A program made the translations under genes and the position numbers. The notes under the pieces are model-generated. The model worked only from the letters and a program-made list of their open reading frames with translations, did not search any database and was not told the origin of the DNA. 64,000 nucleotides of DNA from Lama glama (Eukaryota), in contig CM052816.1 of the NCBI GenBank assembly GCA_028534125.1, positions 81,780,001 to 81,844,000 of the forward strand, read 5' to 3'. Of the stretch, positions 11,531 through 25,254 are shown in pieces (position 1 is the first letter of the stretch; each line of letters opens with the position of its first letter).

Positions 11531-12888
11531 TACTTTACTGATTTTTAAAAAAACCTGTGTGTGTGTGAAGGGATGCGGATGGGGTTCTACAGACTGAGGC
11601 TAGACATCAGAGGGGCCATCAGAAGGCTGGCCTCACAGCTCAGGTGTGATATGTGCTCGCCTGGCCCGAGGCTGGGGCATCAGGTGGGGAGTGGCTTCTT
11701 GGGCCATTTCAGAGGCAGCGTTAGGTGACGACTTGGAAACAGGTTGGTGGAGAAGGGGATAAAGAAGAGGGAAGTCAGAGCTGACCCAGGGGATCTGGGG
11801 GACCTGAGGCTGCCCAGCAGACAGGCCCCTCATTCCCACTGGTTCTTCCCTCTGCCTCTTAAACGCTCCAGGCAACTGAATTTGGCCCTCTTGTCAGGGA
11901 CCCAAACTAGACTTCTTGCCTTTCTCTATTCACACTGGCTACAGGGGCAGAGGGAAAGGGCAAGTCTTTCCTTCTTACTGGGACACTGCCCGTCGCCCCC
12001 CACCCCAGCCACCGATGGCCCACCTACAGCACCGCCCCCCACACCTAGGAAGTCGTAGTGGGAAACTCCCTGTTGAAACTCACCCAGCCTGGGAGAGCCA
12101 GACTGGTTATCAGAAGCTTACAAAGCTCAGTCAGTCTCTCTGAAGGCAATTACAACTCCAGTGTGGGAGACCTTTGGCACCAACTACTTTTTCCACCTAG
12201 CCGACTCTTACCATGGATGTCACAGTCCAGCAGACTGGGAAGACCAGTGTGTTACCTGGAGCCAAGCGGGTGATGACTCCACACACACTGCTGCTTTGTG
12301 AGTGCAGCCCTCCCCTCCCTCAGCCCCGTGCAATTTCCCTAAGCTCCCATTCAACAAGGAAAACGTGGATCTGATTAGCGCGTTTGACGTGGGCCAAACA
12401 GTTGCAGCCCACTCTCATCCGACAGACAGGAGGGGGGCCAATTTCCATCCAAAAAAAAAAAAAAAAAAAGAGTGACAACTGTAGAGCTGAGCTGGCTGGG
12501 CCGAGGAGAAGGAGTTGCAAAGGAGAAAACTGCCTCTATTAAGTCAAACCCGTCCTGGGATAATGCCCTGTGCAATCAGTTGCAGGCCACCAATTACTTG
12601 ATCACATGAATCTGTCATTTTTTTTTCAATTACATTTCTATTCCTACCACCTAATAAAGTGTGAGCCCACTCCCCACTCACATAAGGATCTATAGGACAC
12701 AAGGAACAGGCACATTCTAACTATTAGAATTAGCAGCATAGGCTGTAATCCAGCTCTAAATCCTGAAAGGAGGACAATTTTGATTCAAAAGTAGGTAACT
12801 TGATAAAGACAACTTTCCAAAGTTCGGGCGTAAAGAATTCTGTACTCTTTGTGAGGGAGGCAAGGCTAATTAGAAAACAAAACTTGGT

Positions 12889-13081
12889 CAGCAGTGTGCT
12901 CTTGCTGGTTCCCAAAAGCTGACTGGTATATTTTCAGGAACTCTGCAAGCTGGTTGACATCACTTTGGTAGCTTGAAATCAGCTATGGTGGGAGCGTTTA
13001 CACCGTGGAAATTGGCAAAGGCTACAAATTGTGGCAGCCTCTCCCCTGGGCATCTGTTAAACATTCACTAGCACACTTCTG
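12889..13081 (+). mobile_element. MER63A-like hAT-Blackjack MITE
   Basis: 'ttttcaggaactctgcaagctggttgacatcactttggtagcttgaaatcagctatggtgggagcgtttacacc...ggaaattggcaaa...tgttaaacattcactagcacac'. Confidence 0.85.
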
Positions 13082-13290
13082 AGTATGATCCTCTTTTCAT
13101 TTAAAATTCTATTTATATACACACTGATGTGTGTGTGTGCAAGTGTGTGTGTGTATAAAAAGCCAGGAAGTAAAATAGCTAAAACGTTAACCATTTTAGT
13201 TCCAGGTGATGAGACTAACAAATACTTTTTGAACTCTTTTTTTTTACTTTCTATTTTCTCCTACAGTGAACATGTATTCTTTGTGCAATG
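13082..13290 (+). mobile_element. Old L1 (L1ME/L1MC-like) 3' UTR fragment
   Basis: 'agtatgatcc...ggaagtaaaatagctaaaacgttaacc...ctacagtgaacatgtatt'. Confidence 0.55.
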
Positions 13291-13804
13291 GCCAAACTTC
13301 TGGCAAAGGGAATAGGTCCCTTCCCTTCTGAGATCTCTGATTCACCCCATCCCTCTCCTTCCTCTTCTTTAAATTTCCTTCTGCTCTGACCTCCCAGGTT
13401 TTTATTCTGTGCATAGGATGCTGCTGAGATCTCAAACTACTCATCTACCCCCAGGCAGGCAGAACGCCAAGTAATGAGAAAGGGGAGCAGGCACCAGGCT
13501 CCAGGTGCGCGGAGCCCAAACTCAGCCCACGCCAGGCTCAGTCGCGGAGGAGAACTGGCTTCTACTTGGGTGCCAAGCTGGTGTTGGTGATTCAACAAAA
13601 GAGCGGTGACCATTTGCGGACAGCAGGAGTCTCAGATCAGGTGACCCCATGCTCTGTGGGGGGGGACAACACCATCCCCGAGGAATTCAGAGCCTCTTTC
13701 ACCCCTGCATGCTGGCCATTACAGTTCATTTATAGAATGGGTGACCACTCTCAACGTTCACATCTAGTATCTCACTGCACCTTTGCCATAGTTGGCTGTT
13801 CTCT

Positions 13805-13930
13805 CAGTTTACTAGACGTGAACCCAGGCACAGAAAGCCCAAGTGATTTGCCCAGAGTCACACAGCCCGGAGCAGGCCTAGGACAACTATCCAGCTGTTA
13901 ATATTGAAGTTCAGGTTTTTCCCCTTGACT
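13805..13930 (-). mobile_element. MIR fragment
   Basis: 'aggcacagaaag...aagtgatttgcccagagtcacacagc'. Confidence 0.65.
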
Positions 13931-16900
13931 GTATCAAACATGTCATGAGACTCCAAATTTCTGACTGTATGGTTTGAATAAAACTCAAGCTCCCATTTTC
14001 TCATGATTACAGAAGTCTAAGACAGCCTTTTTTGAGTAAAGGAAAAGGGTGGCTTTACCCAGTTTGATGTGGTTTTGGAACCAGTTTATGGTCTCTACAG
14101 GAGGATAGGATTCCACCATGTTTCTTCCTACTTCCCACAAACTCCCTGCACGAGAGACTTCTGAGTGCAGGGTGAATGCTGGCATTATTGCTTGTTGAGG
14201 AAGAGAGGGCTGGGACAAGAAGGGCTGGCTAACACTGCGTGGAACCCCTTTAAGCAGTAGACAATGAGTGTGTCCACAGTGTAGTCCAGCTCTGGTCCAG
14301 GGCATCCTGGCTCTGGTTCCTCAGCTGGTCTGCAGAAACTTCTGGCTGGTCTATGATTGATGGAGAGGCCTGACCTTGTTGCAAAATCAGGAAAGGCTGC
14401 CCTTCAGGCAACAGTGTCTAGGAAACCACAAGCAGCTTTAGGAAAAAAGGCAGCACTGATTTCATAGTCTTGTTGACCAATCTTCTGGGTGAGAAAGGAT
14501 TTAAAATTTTTCTCCACTATCTTTTAATGCTGTTCCTGGGAGGTGAAGGAATCACCCTGAACTATAAGACAGGGTTGGAGGAGTAGGGGCTTGGGTGCCC
14601 AGTCCCGCTCCTCCCCCCAGTGTCAACTGGAGCACCCCACCTTTATTCCACGTGCACGGGGGGCTTTCCGACCAAAATCTTGTTTTAAGTTACCTGTCTA
14701 ATCTGACCATGTTTTTTTCAAAATTGAAGAAACTGAGGCCCAGGAGGCAAAGTGCAGGCAGAAGTGAGTGGAAGAACCCGAGACCACCACACCCACATCT
14801 ACTCTTGTTTCAACCCTCCTTTGGCTTGGCAGGCAGTTGACCTTGGCCTGGTGAAACACTCCTATCTTTTTGGTCTACCGCAGCCCTGCTCTTGCCAGTG
14901 AGGAAATGATCTAAGAGTTTTCCATTTTGGACCTGCCTCCACTACCTGCACTCGCCTCCTTGCCGCCTTAGATTTCCTGTCCGTGGCCCCCGGCCAATCC
15001 AACAGCAGACCTGCCAGCCCCAACTCTGCCTTTCCACACGATGCAAATCTACATTGACTTGGGTGGTCCTGGGAACTGCCCAAACACCTCCATTGACTTA
15101 GGATGTAGTAGCCTTTAATAAACTCGGTGCCCTGACTCAGTGTTACTACGGATGCTGATGAAAAACTTAGGAATGACAAGATAGCTACATAGAATATAAA
15201 CACCAAAATATACTGCAGCGGCCACCACAGACTGAGGTCCCCACCAAGGGTTCTGAATAGTTACATGAATTTTAAAATCATCACAGACAATCCCTAGATC
15301 ACTCTCTATTTCCTCTTTTTGTCAAATACAGAGTGGCAGAACCTCATCTCTTGTCACAGAGGGTCCCAATTTATGAACAGCAAATACGCTAGACTCAAAG
15401 CTCGTCCCCAAGCATCCATGACATTGTGCTCATCTGCACAACCAACTTCCCTTTACAAGTTGCATCGCTGCAGTGTTTCCTTTGACAGAAAGCTTCTCTA
15501 ATGATTCAAACACTCCTCTTTACAAAAAAAGAAAGAAAGAAAAATTTCAAAACCGCAACTCCTGCAAAAAGTAAGGTACATTTAAAAGATGAAAACAACA
15601 GGCAAAAGGAAGTGAAAAGACAGAAGACAAGACGCAGAGCTGACGCCATTCATGGTATACTTGCCTTTTTTTCTAACACTGAGAATCTGAGCCAGCTGGA
15701 GGTACAGCAGAGAAATGTCCTGGTTTGGTACTTTGCACAGACAGCGCCCCTCTGGGTACAAGCGTGTAGAACTCTCTGAGCTACTAGGTTTGGTTTATAT
15801 CAGACAGTTCTGGGGTGGCCATTTCGATGAGCATTTCTCTCAAGGAACCTGGCCTGGTCCAAGGAATCCCGCAGCCCTGAAGACCAGGGCAGTCAGCGCC
15901 CCCTCTGGGCGTTCTGAGTATCCCAGTCCTGTGTCTGATTTCTGATCCCAGCCAGTGAGCTGGGTACGGGAGAGGCTCTGGGTTACCAGAGACGACAGCT
16001 ACTCAGATGAATTCCCCAACCCCAGACAAGCGCCTCCCCCCCCCTCACTGTCTTCCCATCCAAATGCCAGCTGCAAATGAGACTCTCCAGGGCACACATG
16101 AGCATTACATCCGCTGAAGCCACCGGCTCCCAGCCCAGCCTGCACAGGCTTTCTGCAAGCCTCGGGGAGACCCGAGAGTGTGGACATGGTGTCAGACCCA
16201 GAGCCTCTGACAGGACTGGCTGGGCTGAAGAAGCTGCGATAAAATTAAGCCATCTGACACTTCCTCTTCATCGTTTTTTTCTTTTTCTTCCACAAACAGA
16301 ACAGGCTCCCAAAGTGACCTACTTTCTCTGTCTTTGTGATTATGCAAAACTCACAAAGCTTTTCCGTGAGCCTGACTAATATTTTCAGTGACATGCTTTT
16401 CATCTTTGGGAAAAGAAGAGTCCGTGTCGGCCTGCCAGAGCACATAAGTCTTGGTGGAAGGACCGAAGAGGGCAGATGAGTTACAAAGACTTCACTAGGG
16501 GATGCGTAAGAGACTTCACTGAGCACAATGCAAAAGAAAAAAAAAAAAAAACCCACAAAAGAAACCCAAAAAACCAGCAGCCAACAAAATCCAGATCCGG
16601 TTCCTTGAAAGGCATTAGCATTTAGTCTGAAGGTTTTCATCAACAAGAATCAAGATGTTACTGATGAGCTAAGTGACTCCAGGGCTCCTCACCACAGCCT
16701 GCATCCTGTGACTGGACCCTGGCCTTAGCCTGGAGTCCCGCCACACTCCCAAAGCTGCTCGGGCACATCCAAACTCTGCATTTTGCATTAAAGATTAATT
16801 GACTTCTTCCAACTCCTCAGTAAATCAGAACACAACAGGATTTTAAAGTATCAGAAGGAACCATTTAAAAGTAAAAACCAAGCACCCAGCCTGAGTAGAA

Positions 16901-17431
16901 ACCAGGCTCTATTAGTCAAAATTAAGTCGATATTGATTTTTTCGCCCTATTTTTAAACTCAGAGAATGTGCACTTTGTAATGTCTGATCAGCTGTTCTTT
17001 TCTGATACTGAAACTCTGAATTACAATGGGAAATTGGAAGACATGTGCTTGGTGATTTTAGAAATGTCGCTGTTGGTCCAAAGTCTGGCCCTTGGATTCT
17101 GATCCGAAGTTTCCCTTTTATCCTCAGGGAGGTGAAACAGAGGCTGCTAAATGTTTACTGGACAAATTGTTCAAAATAGAAACAGACTTGCAGCTTTGGG
17201 ATCCAGCTGGGTTTGCTTCTATCCAGCCTAGTTCAGCTCCCTGCCACATCCAGGCTGTCTGCTCAGCACTGACTCAAACACAAGCCACACACGTCTGAGG
17301 GGTCTGGAAAATCACTTGTCAGAGAGGAGCCTCACCACCCACAGCCATGTAAGGACCCAGATTTCCAGCTCCCTGAGCGTCACCTCCGGTGCCGACTTAA
17401 TTCCATCTCCACGACTGTTAAATAGTTCCAA

Positions 17432-17570
17432 GTCATTCATTCATTCATTCATTCATTCACTCCTTCTGAGAGCATTTCCTGAGTCCCTCTGGGGCAGCGC
17501 TGTGCTCAGGCAATACAAAGATGAACAAAACAGGCATCATCCCTGTCTTTAGAGAACTTGTGAGAGTGAA
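17432..17570 (-). mobile_element. L2 3' terminus with (TTCA)n
   Basis: (ttca)n tract followed by 'gcatttcctgag...tgtgctcaggc...atacaaagatgaacaaaacag'. Confidence 0.7.
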
Positions 17571-19979
17571 GATGAGGATGACCAGCGTTACAAGAGGGAA
17601 TGCAGGGGGCGGGTGCGCTCGGTTCTTAGCCTGTGTCTCCCCCTCTCCCTACGTGTGAGCCCACGTGGTCCCTCCAGCCCTCTACCTCATCCCTGCTCGG
17701 CACCAGCAGCAATCTTCGGGGCGGTTGTTACATCAGGCAGGAAAGACTGGGGAGCGGCTCAGTGGCGTACCCTGAGGCTTGGCATCAAGGCATCCTCATC
17801 ACTGCTTCCTTCCTGAACATGCTCTCAGTTCTACCCACCAGGCCTCATCTCTCTCTGGCTAGTTCCCATCTTAGCATCTGGAAGACCACCCTGTCTCTTG
17901 CACTGATGGCTGCAGTGTGTTGCAACCTGCCTGCCAGCCCACCCTTCCGTGAGTTCCACTAGCCTTGGGAGACGCTGGTGCCAGCTGTTTGCCAGAACCA
18001 TAATGTGCTGTTACTAGGTCCCTTTGATCAGAAACCTGCCTACCTCACCTGCTGGACAGAGCCCTAACTCCAGGGCCTCTCGCCGTGGGCTGGGCCAAGC
18101 CTCCAGGTGCAGTGACAAAGCAGAAGGACGTGCTGACCTTACAGGTGAAAAGGTAGGCGCAGTAAGGAGGAAGCTGCCCCAGAGGAGTGGACCTGGTTGT
18201 TCCCAGCGTACTCCTCTGCCTTCAGATGTGCTCCCCAAAAATACTTGGCGAGGGCTCTCTCTCCCCAAAATGCAACAGAGGGAAAATGGCTTCACAACAG
18301 TTGTCATAAGGGGACTGGATAAATTCTCTCAAGAAGCATAGAGTAAGAACAAACAAGGAGATCTCAAAGGAGATCATGCCTGGAAAAGCGAGGGGCCTGC
18401 AGGAGGCCCTGAGCTGTCGGGCAGGCACTGTACCACCACCGTGCCCAGCTCTGCGCTGACTGGCTGGGCGTGTGGCTGTGGGCAACCATTTCATCTCTCC
18501 GGGCTTCTGTCCTCATCATTAACATTGCAGGTGATAAAGCTGTCTGCAACCTTTAAATAGTCCTCTTACTTCAAGCTGGTGGATGGATCTCTTATAAAAC
18601 ATGGGCAAAATAGGTCGATTTCTTAAAAAAACAAACAAACTATCACATAGAAGAGAAATAAATACAAGGCATTGAGTCATCTTATTTGAAAGATCAACTG
18701 CGGCGATGAAGGGTTTGAACTGAGGAACAGGTCGTAAGCAGCTCAACACATTCTGCTGAGAAACAGTTCCAAGAGCCACCTGAGGGGAGAGGGTTCCATA
18801 ACCAGAGACGTCTGAGAACCACTGTCTGTGCCGTCCTCTTCCTACAGCCATCATTCCTACGGAAGTCCCTGAGAAGTCCTGTAATGTGGAAACCTACTGA
18901 AGGCTTCAATCGGAGCTAGTCAAACTGACTTGACCACAGAACTCCTTTTAATATTTATTTAGCAGCAACTTTCAGATGAGAACATCCAAGTTTCAGATTG
19001 AGAGATATAATACTATAAAGGAAGTGTTGTGTTTTTGTTTTTAAAACATAAAGAAGCAAAAACCAAGCAGACATAATCCTCATTCACCATTCTGGAACCC
19101 TAGCAAGAGCTCAAGGCTGGTTACACATTCAAGGTTACAACCAGCCTCAGTCTCCTTTTTCTTACTCACTGACCGTTAGGTCACTGCAAAGATGTGGTCC
19201 AGCTGGGTGAAGTAGTGACCTCAGTCTTTGCCAGCTATTTCTCGTGCGGCCCCAGGACACACAGCACGCTGTCAGCAAACCAACCGACACAGAACTAAAT
19301 CATGGTGATGTCTTCCTGCCTTGGGGACGCGCCTCGGCTTGCTGGGAGACCGCCTGGGACGGCTAATTGCTTTTCAGCTCCGGCTACACAGCTTTCACAC
19401 ATCCACTATTCCCCAGGGTCATATTTCCTCAAGCCTCATTTTTCGGAGAATAGGGCAGGAGGAAGAGGAAAAAAAGGGAGGGTGAGCAGTGGCGGGCAGG
19501 AAATTGCTTTTTATCTTCATTGTAACTTAAATTACCATCTTAAAAATCCTTCACTTAAAACAAAACAAAAGTTCCTTTCCCAATTTTAGCTTTTGGGTGT
19601 AAGGTTGAAGGTTGAAGCTCCAAACTAGAGGAGGTGTGGCTGCTGACGCTCTGAGAGAGAGAAAGAGCATCTTTCATGGAGGAGACAGAAGAGGAGCTTC
19701 CTCTCCAGGTGACAACAGGCTGAGCACCATTAGCAGAAGTGTTGCAGGAGACAGTGGGTCCCCGGCCCGGAATCCTGGGGCTCCGCTCCTTCATGCTCTG
19801 TCTTCAGTTCTCCAGGGCCAGACCATCCCCCTCTCGTGGGAAGCCTCCACTGTGACCCATCACACGCTGATCCTGAACTTTATTATCAGAGGACTGCCTC
19901 CTTTCCTTTATTTTCAAGTTCTTTGAAGACTGATTGCGTGCAGTTGGCCACTTCCAGCTTGTGGTCATGTGACCGGCCT

Positions 19980-20146
19980 GATGCAGCTGGTTTCGGCCCA
20001 CCTGGTTTGCAGGAACCCCTTAACTGGTTTCTGGATTTCTCACCGAGGGAAGTGGTCCACATATGGTTGTTGAGGTGATGTCTTCTCCACGGGGAAACGA
20101 GAGTCCGGGACTTCCTATTCTGCCATCTTGCTGACATGACTTCCCC
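19980..20146 (-). mobile_element. Old L1 5' end (promoter region) fragment
   Basis: Reverse strand 'gtcagCAAGATGGCagaataggaagtccc...caacaaccatatgtggacca...tgagaaatccagaaaccagttaaggggttcctgca' resembles L1M-type 5' termini with a YY1-like site. Confidence 0.6.
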
Positions 20147-21424
20147 TGAGTCTCCTCAGTTCTCATGGTTCTAACTTCCCATTATATCTAAGAGCACACA
20201 CTTGTTGTTAAAATTCATATGATAGATTTGCCCAAGTGGTTCTGTCACTCTTAGCTCACTCCCTCCAATGCAGCTCGTAAACATCATTCTCTCTGTGGTG
20301 GGTGGTGATGGTTGTTCATGATGGTGAGTTTCTTTCTCTTTTCCATTTGTTCTAAATAAGAAGTCACACAGCCAGTAAGGGCAATGCTCCGTGGCTGAAG
20401 TGGGTGGCGTGCTGCACGCTGGGGACTGGCCAGGAAGACTGGGGACCGCGTTCCTTGGGAAGCAGGCAGGTCAGGTCAACAGTCCAATAGTACCCCCAGG
20501 CATGGAGGCGCTCCACGGGCAGGAGGCAGGGGTCACGATGACGCTGGCAAGTTCCACCCTGATACTAAGAGGTATGGAGACCTATTCTCAGAGCCCCTGA
20601 GCTTCCAAGAACACAGAGAATAGAATGTCTCAGTCATTGCCCTCACAAACCAGTAACTCTTATTCAAACAAAAAAGACGTTTCTCATTTCTCATAACGCT
20701 CTAAGTGCTTAGAAAAATCACATTCTTAATTACCCGCTCTACTGAGCTCCACCTTGATTTCAAGTCAAATTATTCCCAGTTTGCTCACTGCTGAGGGGAA
20801 GTGTGTGGCAGAGAGGTGGGGGGTGGGGGCAGGAGAGGAGGCTGAAAAATGCCTATAAATGTCAGGCCAAGTTTAAACACTGCAAGTGGGAAAGACACTA
20901 GAGATAGCAGACTGGATTATCTCTCAAACTCAGCCCTCCGTTTACAACCTCCTCCCTCCCCAGTCCTGATTTATTTAATGCTGCCATCTAATGAGCTTTG
21001 ATTCGTGGCCAACAGTTGCACTCAGCCAGCTGTACTCCAATCCACCATGACACATGGCTTCCATCAACGTTGTTGCACAACTGTGAACTGGTTCAAGTGC
21101 CGAGTAGTTGCACTAAAGGCAGGGGGAGGGCCAAATCCAGCATAAGAAGTGCCCATGACTTTTGGAAGTCAGGCACCAGAGACAGTGGCTGAGCAGGAAG
21201 GCAGACACCATGGAAGTGCTGAAGTCATGAATCAAGTTTGGGCAGTTGAACACCAGACATTTGGCTGATCCTTGTCCTCTCCAACGATCGCCATTGTGGT
21301 TGTGGTCAGACCAGCTCCACAGAGCTGGGTCTTGAAGACTGTTGGAGGTCACCCCTCGGGGGTCAGCCCCTGACCCTTGAAGGAGCACCTGGCTGTGAAA
21401 CTCTTACAACAACAAACAGTCGTG

Positions 21425-22085
21425 GTTGACCACATGTTGGTGAGGATGTGGAGAAATGAGAACCCTCGGACCTTGTTGAGGGGTCAGTAAAGTGGGGCAG
21501 CATCTGTGGAAAAGTTTGGCGATTCCTCAAGAAGTTAAACATAGAATTACCATTTGACCCAGCAATTCCACCTAGAGGTATAGACTCCCAAGAACTGAAA
21601 ACATAAAGTCAAACTTATTCATGAATGTTCATAGCAGCACTGTTCACAAGGTGGAAGCATCTCAAATGTCCATCAGCTGAAGAATGAATAAACAAAATGT
21701 GGTACATCCATGCAGAGGAATATTATTCAACCATAAAAAGAGATGATCTACTGACACCTGCTACAACATGGAGAAACCTTGAAAACATCCTGCTAAGTGA
21801 AAGAAGTCAGTTACAAAGGGCCGTATAGTATGTGAGTCCATTGATATGAAATACCCGAAAGAGGCAAATCCATAGAGACAGAGCACAGATTAGTGGTTGC
21901 CATGGGCTGGGGAAAGGGGGATGGGGAGGGACTGCTTAATGAGAAGGGGGTTTCTTTGGGGATGATGTGGTGATGCTTACACAACATTGTGAATATCCTT
22001 AACACCACTGAGTTGTGAATGTACTCAATGCCGGTTTAAAATGGCTAAACAGTAAATGTGATGCTTTGTGTACTTTGCCACAGGC
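21425..22085 (+). mobile_element. L1MB-like 3' fragment
   Basis: 'tgttggtgaggatgtggagaaa', 'catagaattaccatttgacccagcaattcca', 'ggcaaatccatagagacagagcacagattagtggttgcc'. Confidence 0.9.
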
Positions 22086-22674
22086 ACACAGAAAGGATTT
22101 AGTCTTGGTCAATTACATGCCTGCCCGATGCTCAGCATCTGGCTTTGCCCCTGTGCCTGCTGCTGTTCACTTCTGACTTTGCCCTTGGCCCATGCTTCTT
22201 GGACCCCCTGTGCCTCTTAGTCTGGATACTATGCCAGTGATTTCCAAGCGTTGGGTGCCTGTCTGGCCCTGGCCTCAGTGCACTCACATTAGGGCCTTCA
22301 GCTCATGTCTCACCTCGATATATGACCAAGAGAATGTGGTCATCATTTCGGTCTAATGTTACTGCTGCTAAATCAGTCCAGTCTTTACCCAAAAATTTGA
22401 TTCTTCTGCTCTTGACTTTAAAAATTAAAACTCTTCAAGCTGTATGACAGAGACCCCGAAGCTCTGTCTGAATATTAATTGGCCTTGGTGTCACAACACA
22501 ACCACTCACAAATTCTCAGCTATCTTTTTGTGCCATGAAAATTTTTGAATGCGTTAACTTCTTTTGACCACCTCCAGAAAGTAAGAAACTGCCTGTGAAG
22601 CCAGTGTACATCGCAGACTTTCTCCTGTAACATTTAACCGATTTCCTGAGATTTGATCAGCGAACAGAGAGAGA

Positions 22675-22775
22675 CCTGGTCTTCAAGGTATTATGTCCAC
22701 AGAATCCCACTGGATGCTTGTTTCAAATCCAGATGTCCAGGCGCCCAGAGATTCTGGTTCAGGAAATTTCTGTAA
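22675..22775. mobile_element. MER5-like fragment
   Basis: 'cagaatcccactggatgcttgtttcaaatccagatgtccaggc...cccagagattctggttcag'. Confidence 0.5.
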
Positions 22776-23039
22776 GATCTCTTTGGCTTTTACACCTGAT
22801 CCTTCAAGGTCTGTTTCAAATTCTCCCATAGTAAATATCAACTTGTCCGCAAACTTAGCCCTCCATCTTTCCCAGGGCTACAGACCCCAACGTCCCTCTG
22901 CAGCCCCAGACCGTCCCGCGGTAGTGGTCAGATGGGAGAGGGTACCAGGGACAACTCTGCCCAGGCCCTCAGCTCTCTCATCTTCCTCTCTGAAACGGCT
23001 CATGCAAACTTCACCACCACATTTCCAATAACCTTCAGG

Positions 23040-24020
23040 ACATCTCTGGTGGGATGCTCTGATGACATTGAAATCTGGACATGACTCGCTCTTTCCCCGC
23101 CCATTCTAACATGCTAATTATTCAAATTCTGGGAGTGGTCTTTACTTTCTTCTTTTCCCTAATATTCCCCTAAGCTCTATTTCTTTCCTTTAGAACATCT
23201 CTCAGATGTTAGTTTCTGTCCTCTCACCGCTACTGCCTGTTTGGAAGAGTCTGACTTCTTCCTCCCAAGCCTGCAGTCAGTCATCAGGCTAACATCCAGA
23301 CCACTGGGGTGCCACCACTGTTGTCATTTTTCCATTTTGGTGGCTTTTCCTTGTGGCCACTTTCCCACGTTATCTTTGTAAGTTAGGTATCTACAACATC
23401 ACATTTGAATTTTCCATCCTGGCATTCAGGACTCTACAAGTTGGCCCTATCTTATCACCCTACAGCTCCCAAACAGCACTGCCCCACCATTCCACCCACC
23501 ACTGCTCCCACCGCCAGCAGAGTAAACACGTTCCCACCCACCCCAGAGTTTCTGCTCCACTGCTGGCTTCTGAAATGTCCTTCCTCCTCCCCCTACTATA
23601 TCATTCATTCAATAACAAATTTTACTGCAGCTACTGTGTGCTGGGGACTAACTGCTTAGGATACGTAGGTGGACACAACAAAGACCCCATGGGCTCCCCT
23701 GGGGCATTTACATTCTGTCATTCGACAATCCATATTCCTCCCGTTATCTGACATGCACCTCTAGTCCCACCTACTCCCCGACATCTTCCTGATCATCTTC
23801 AGCAGGTCCAGTTTCTCCCCTGTTTCAATTGTTCGCGGTGCTTACTGTTGGCTTCTGCGCCTCAGTTCACCAGTATATGCTGTCTTGTATTGTTCTCTGG
23901 TTGTTCCTCTAGGCTTGTTTCATGGAAACTGCTGGAGCTATTTCACACCAGGACCTATGTTTGATTCACTGTTGTTCAAGCACCTAGCATGTTGCCTGCA
24001 CATTTCCTAACAATTACTCC
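23040..24020 (+). mobile_element. Degenerate L2 fragments, with a nested antisense L2 end at ~23600-23720
   Basis: 'catcctggcattcaggactctacaagttggccc', 'cacctagcatgttgcctgcaca'; nested 'tcattcattcaataacaaatttt'. Confidence 0.5.
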
Positions 24021-25254
24021 GAGTGCACACCGAATGCTCAGAAAGTATATGTTTTAATGCAATTGTGCCTAAGTTCAACCTAAGAGCCACCAACCCAATG
24101 GCTACTTTATCCATTAAGGGCAACCCTCCTCCACTCCTGGTCTGCTTTTTAAGGAGGTGAAATAATGGCCAAGAAACAGCCGCCCTACTCCTCCTGCCTG
24201 CCTCACCTAGAGCAAGATGCCCTCAAGCCTCTCCTGGGAGATGCTCTGCAAATGCAGGGTCCTGATGTTGGAAGAGGCCGTAAACCATGTCCTCTCTTGG
24301 AAATTCATGATGCATTTACTCATTTTCTATCATCTTTTCTCTTTAGGCATCGGAATGAACAACAGAGATACGCCCCCTCCCTCTCACCAAACAACCTACT
24401 AATACTTCTGATAAGTCCCTTGGTCAAGAGATTTTAGGTTTGTGTAACTGTGTTTCCCCAAAGCTTACTCACGAGAAGCACCTAAAAAAACAACGTTCTG
24501 TGGCCCACACGCTGGGCTTCAGACCAGAGGGCCAGCCAATTAGGCTAAACCCAAGTTCTGAGTGAAGGAAAGAAGAACTGATCTTTTCATTTCACACTAG
24601 GAAGCTTCACTCTCCTGGAAGCCTCCTGGAAGAGCCTGGTGTGTGTGCACCAACAGCTGTTCCAACACATCCTTTTTAAGACACAGTGTGGTTATTATGA
24701 GTGGGGTGGGCCCCATGCACGTTGACTCGGCAGCAGCCAGCTTGCGCTGCTCCCTCCCAGGCGCCCAGAAATAACGACAATGGAAATGTTAGAGTAAGAA
24801 GGTGGGGAAGTGGGTGGGCACAGACAAAGGGAGCTGGGGGCTGGTGATTAGAAGTTCTGGCGCAGGGGCTCACTAATCGCGCGCTGTAGCATCTTGCTAA
24901 TGGGGCTAGAACTGGGGCAAAGCTAATGGCTCAGAGAGGGTGAGAACCTGCTGGAAACTGAGGCGGAGGAGGAGGAGGATGGAGTGAGGAACACAGTCAA
25001 GCAGGACCAGGAACATACTGTAATGAGAGATGAGAGAACGCGTGGGGAGCGAGAGGAGAGAGAGGCGGGAGGCTCCTGGGCAAGAGTGGAGTTCTTTCTC
25101 TGACACTTTATTTCTCTGCCATTTTGTTTTGAAGGAGAGACCATACACTTTCTGTGCTCTAGGCGGATGTGGGTAAATCCTGAGAGGGACATATTTATCC
25201 ACCTGGGGTGCCTACTCTGCCCTTCTGCTTTTGAAGAGAGAAGATGGTGGGATA

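Noticed and set aside
15155..15235. TGATGA...CTGA spacing like a C/D-box snoRNA
   Set aside because: Box C lacks the leading purine, and there is no terminal stem or recognisable guide sequence.
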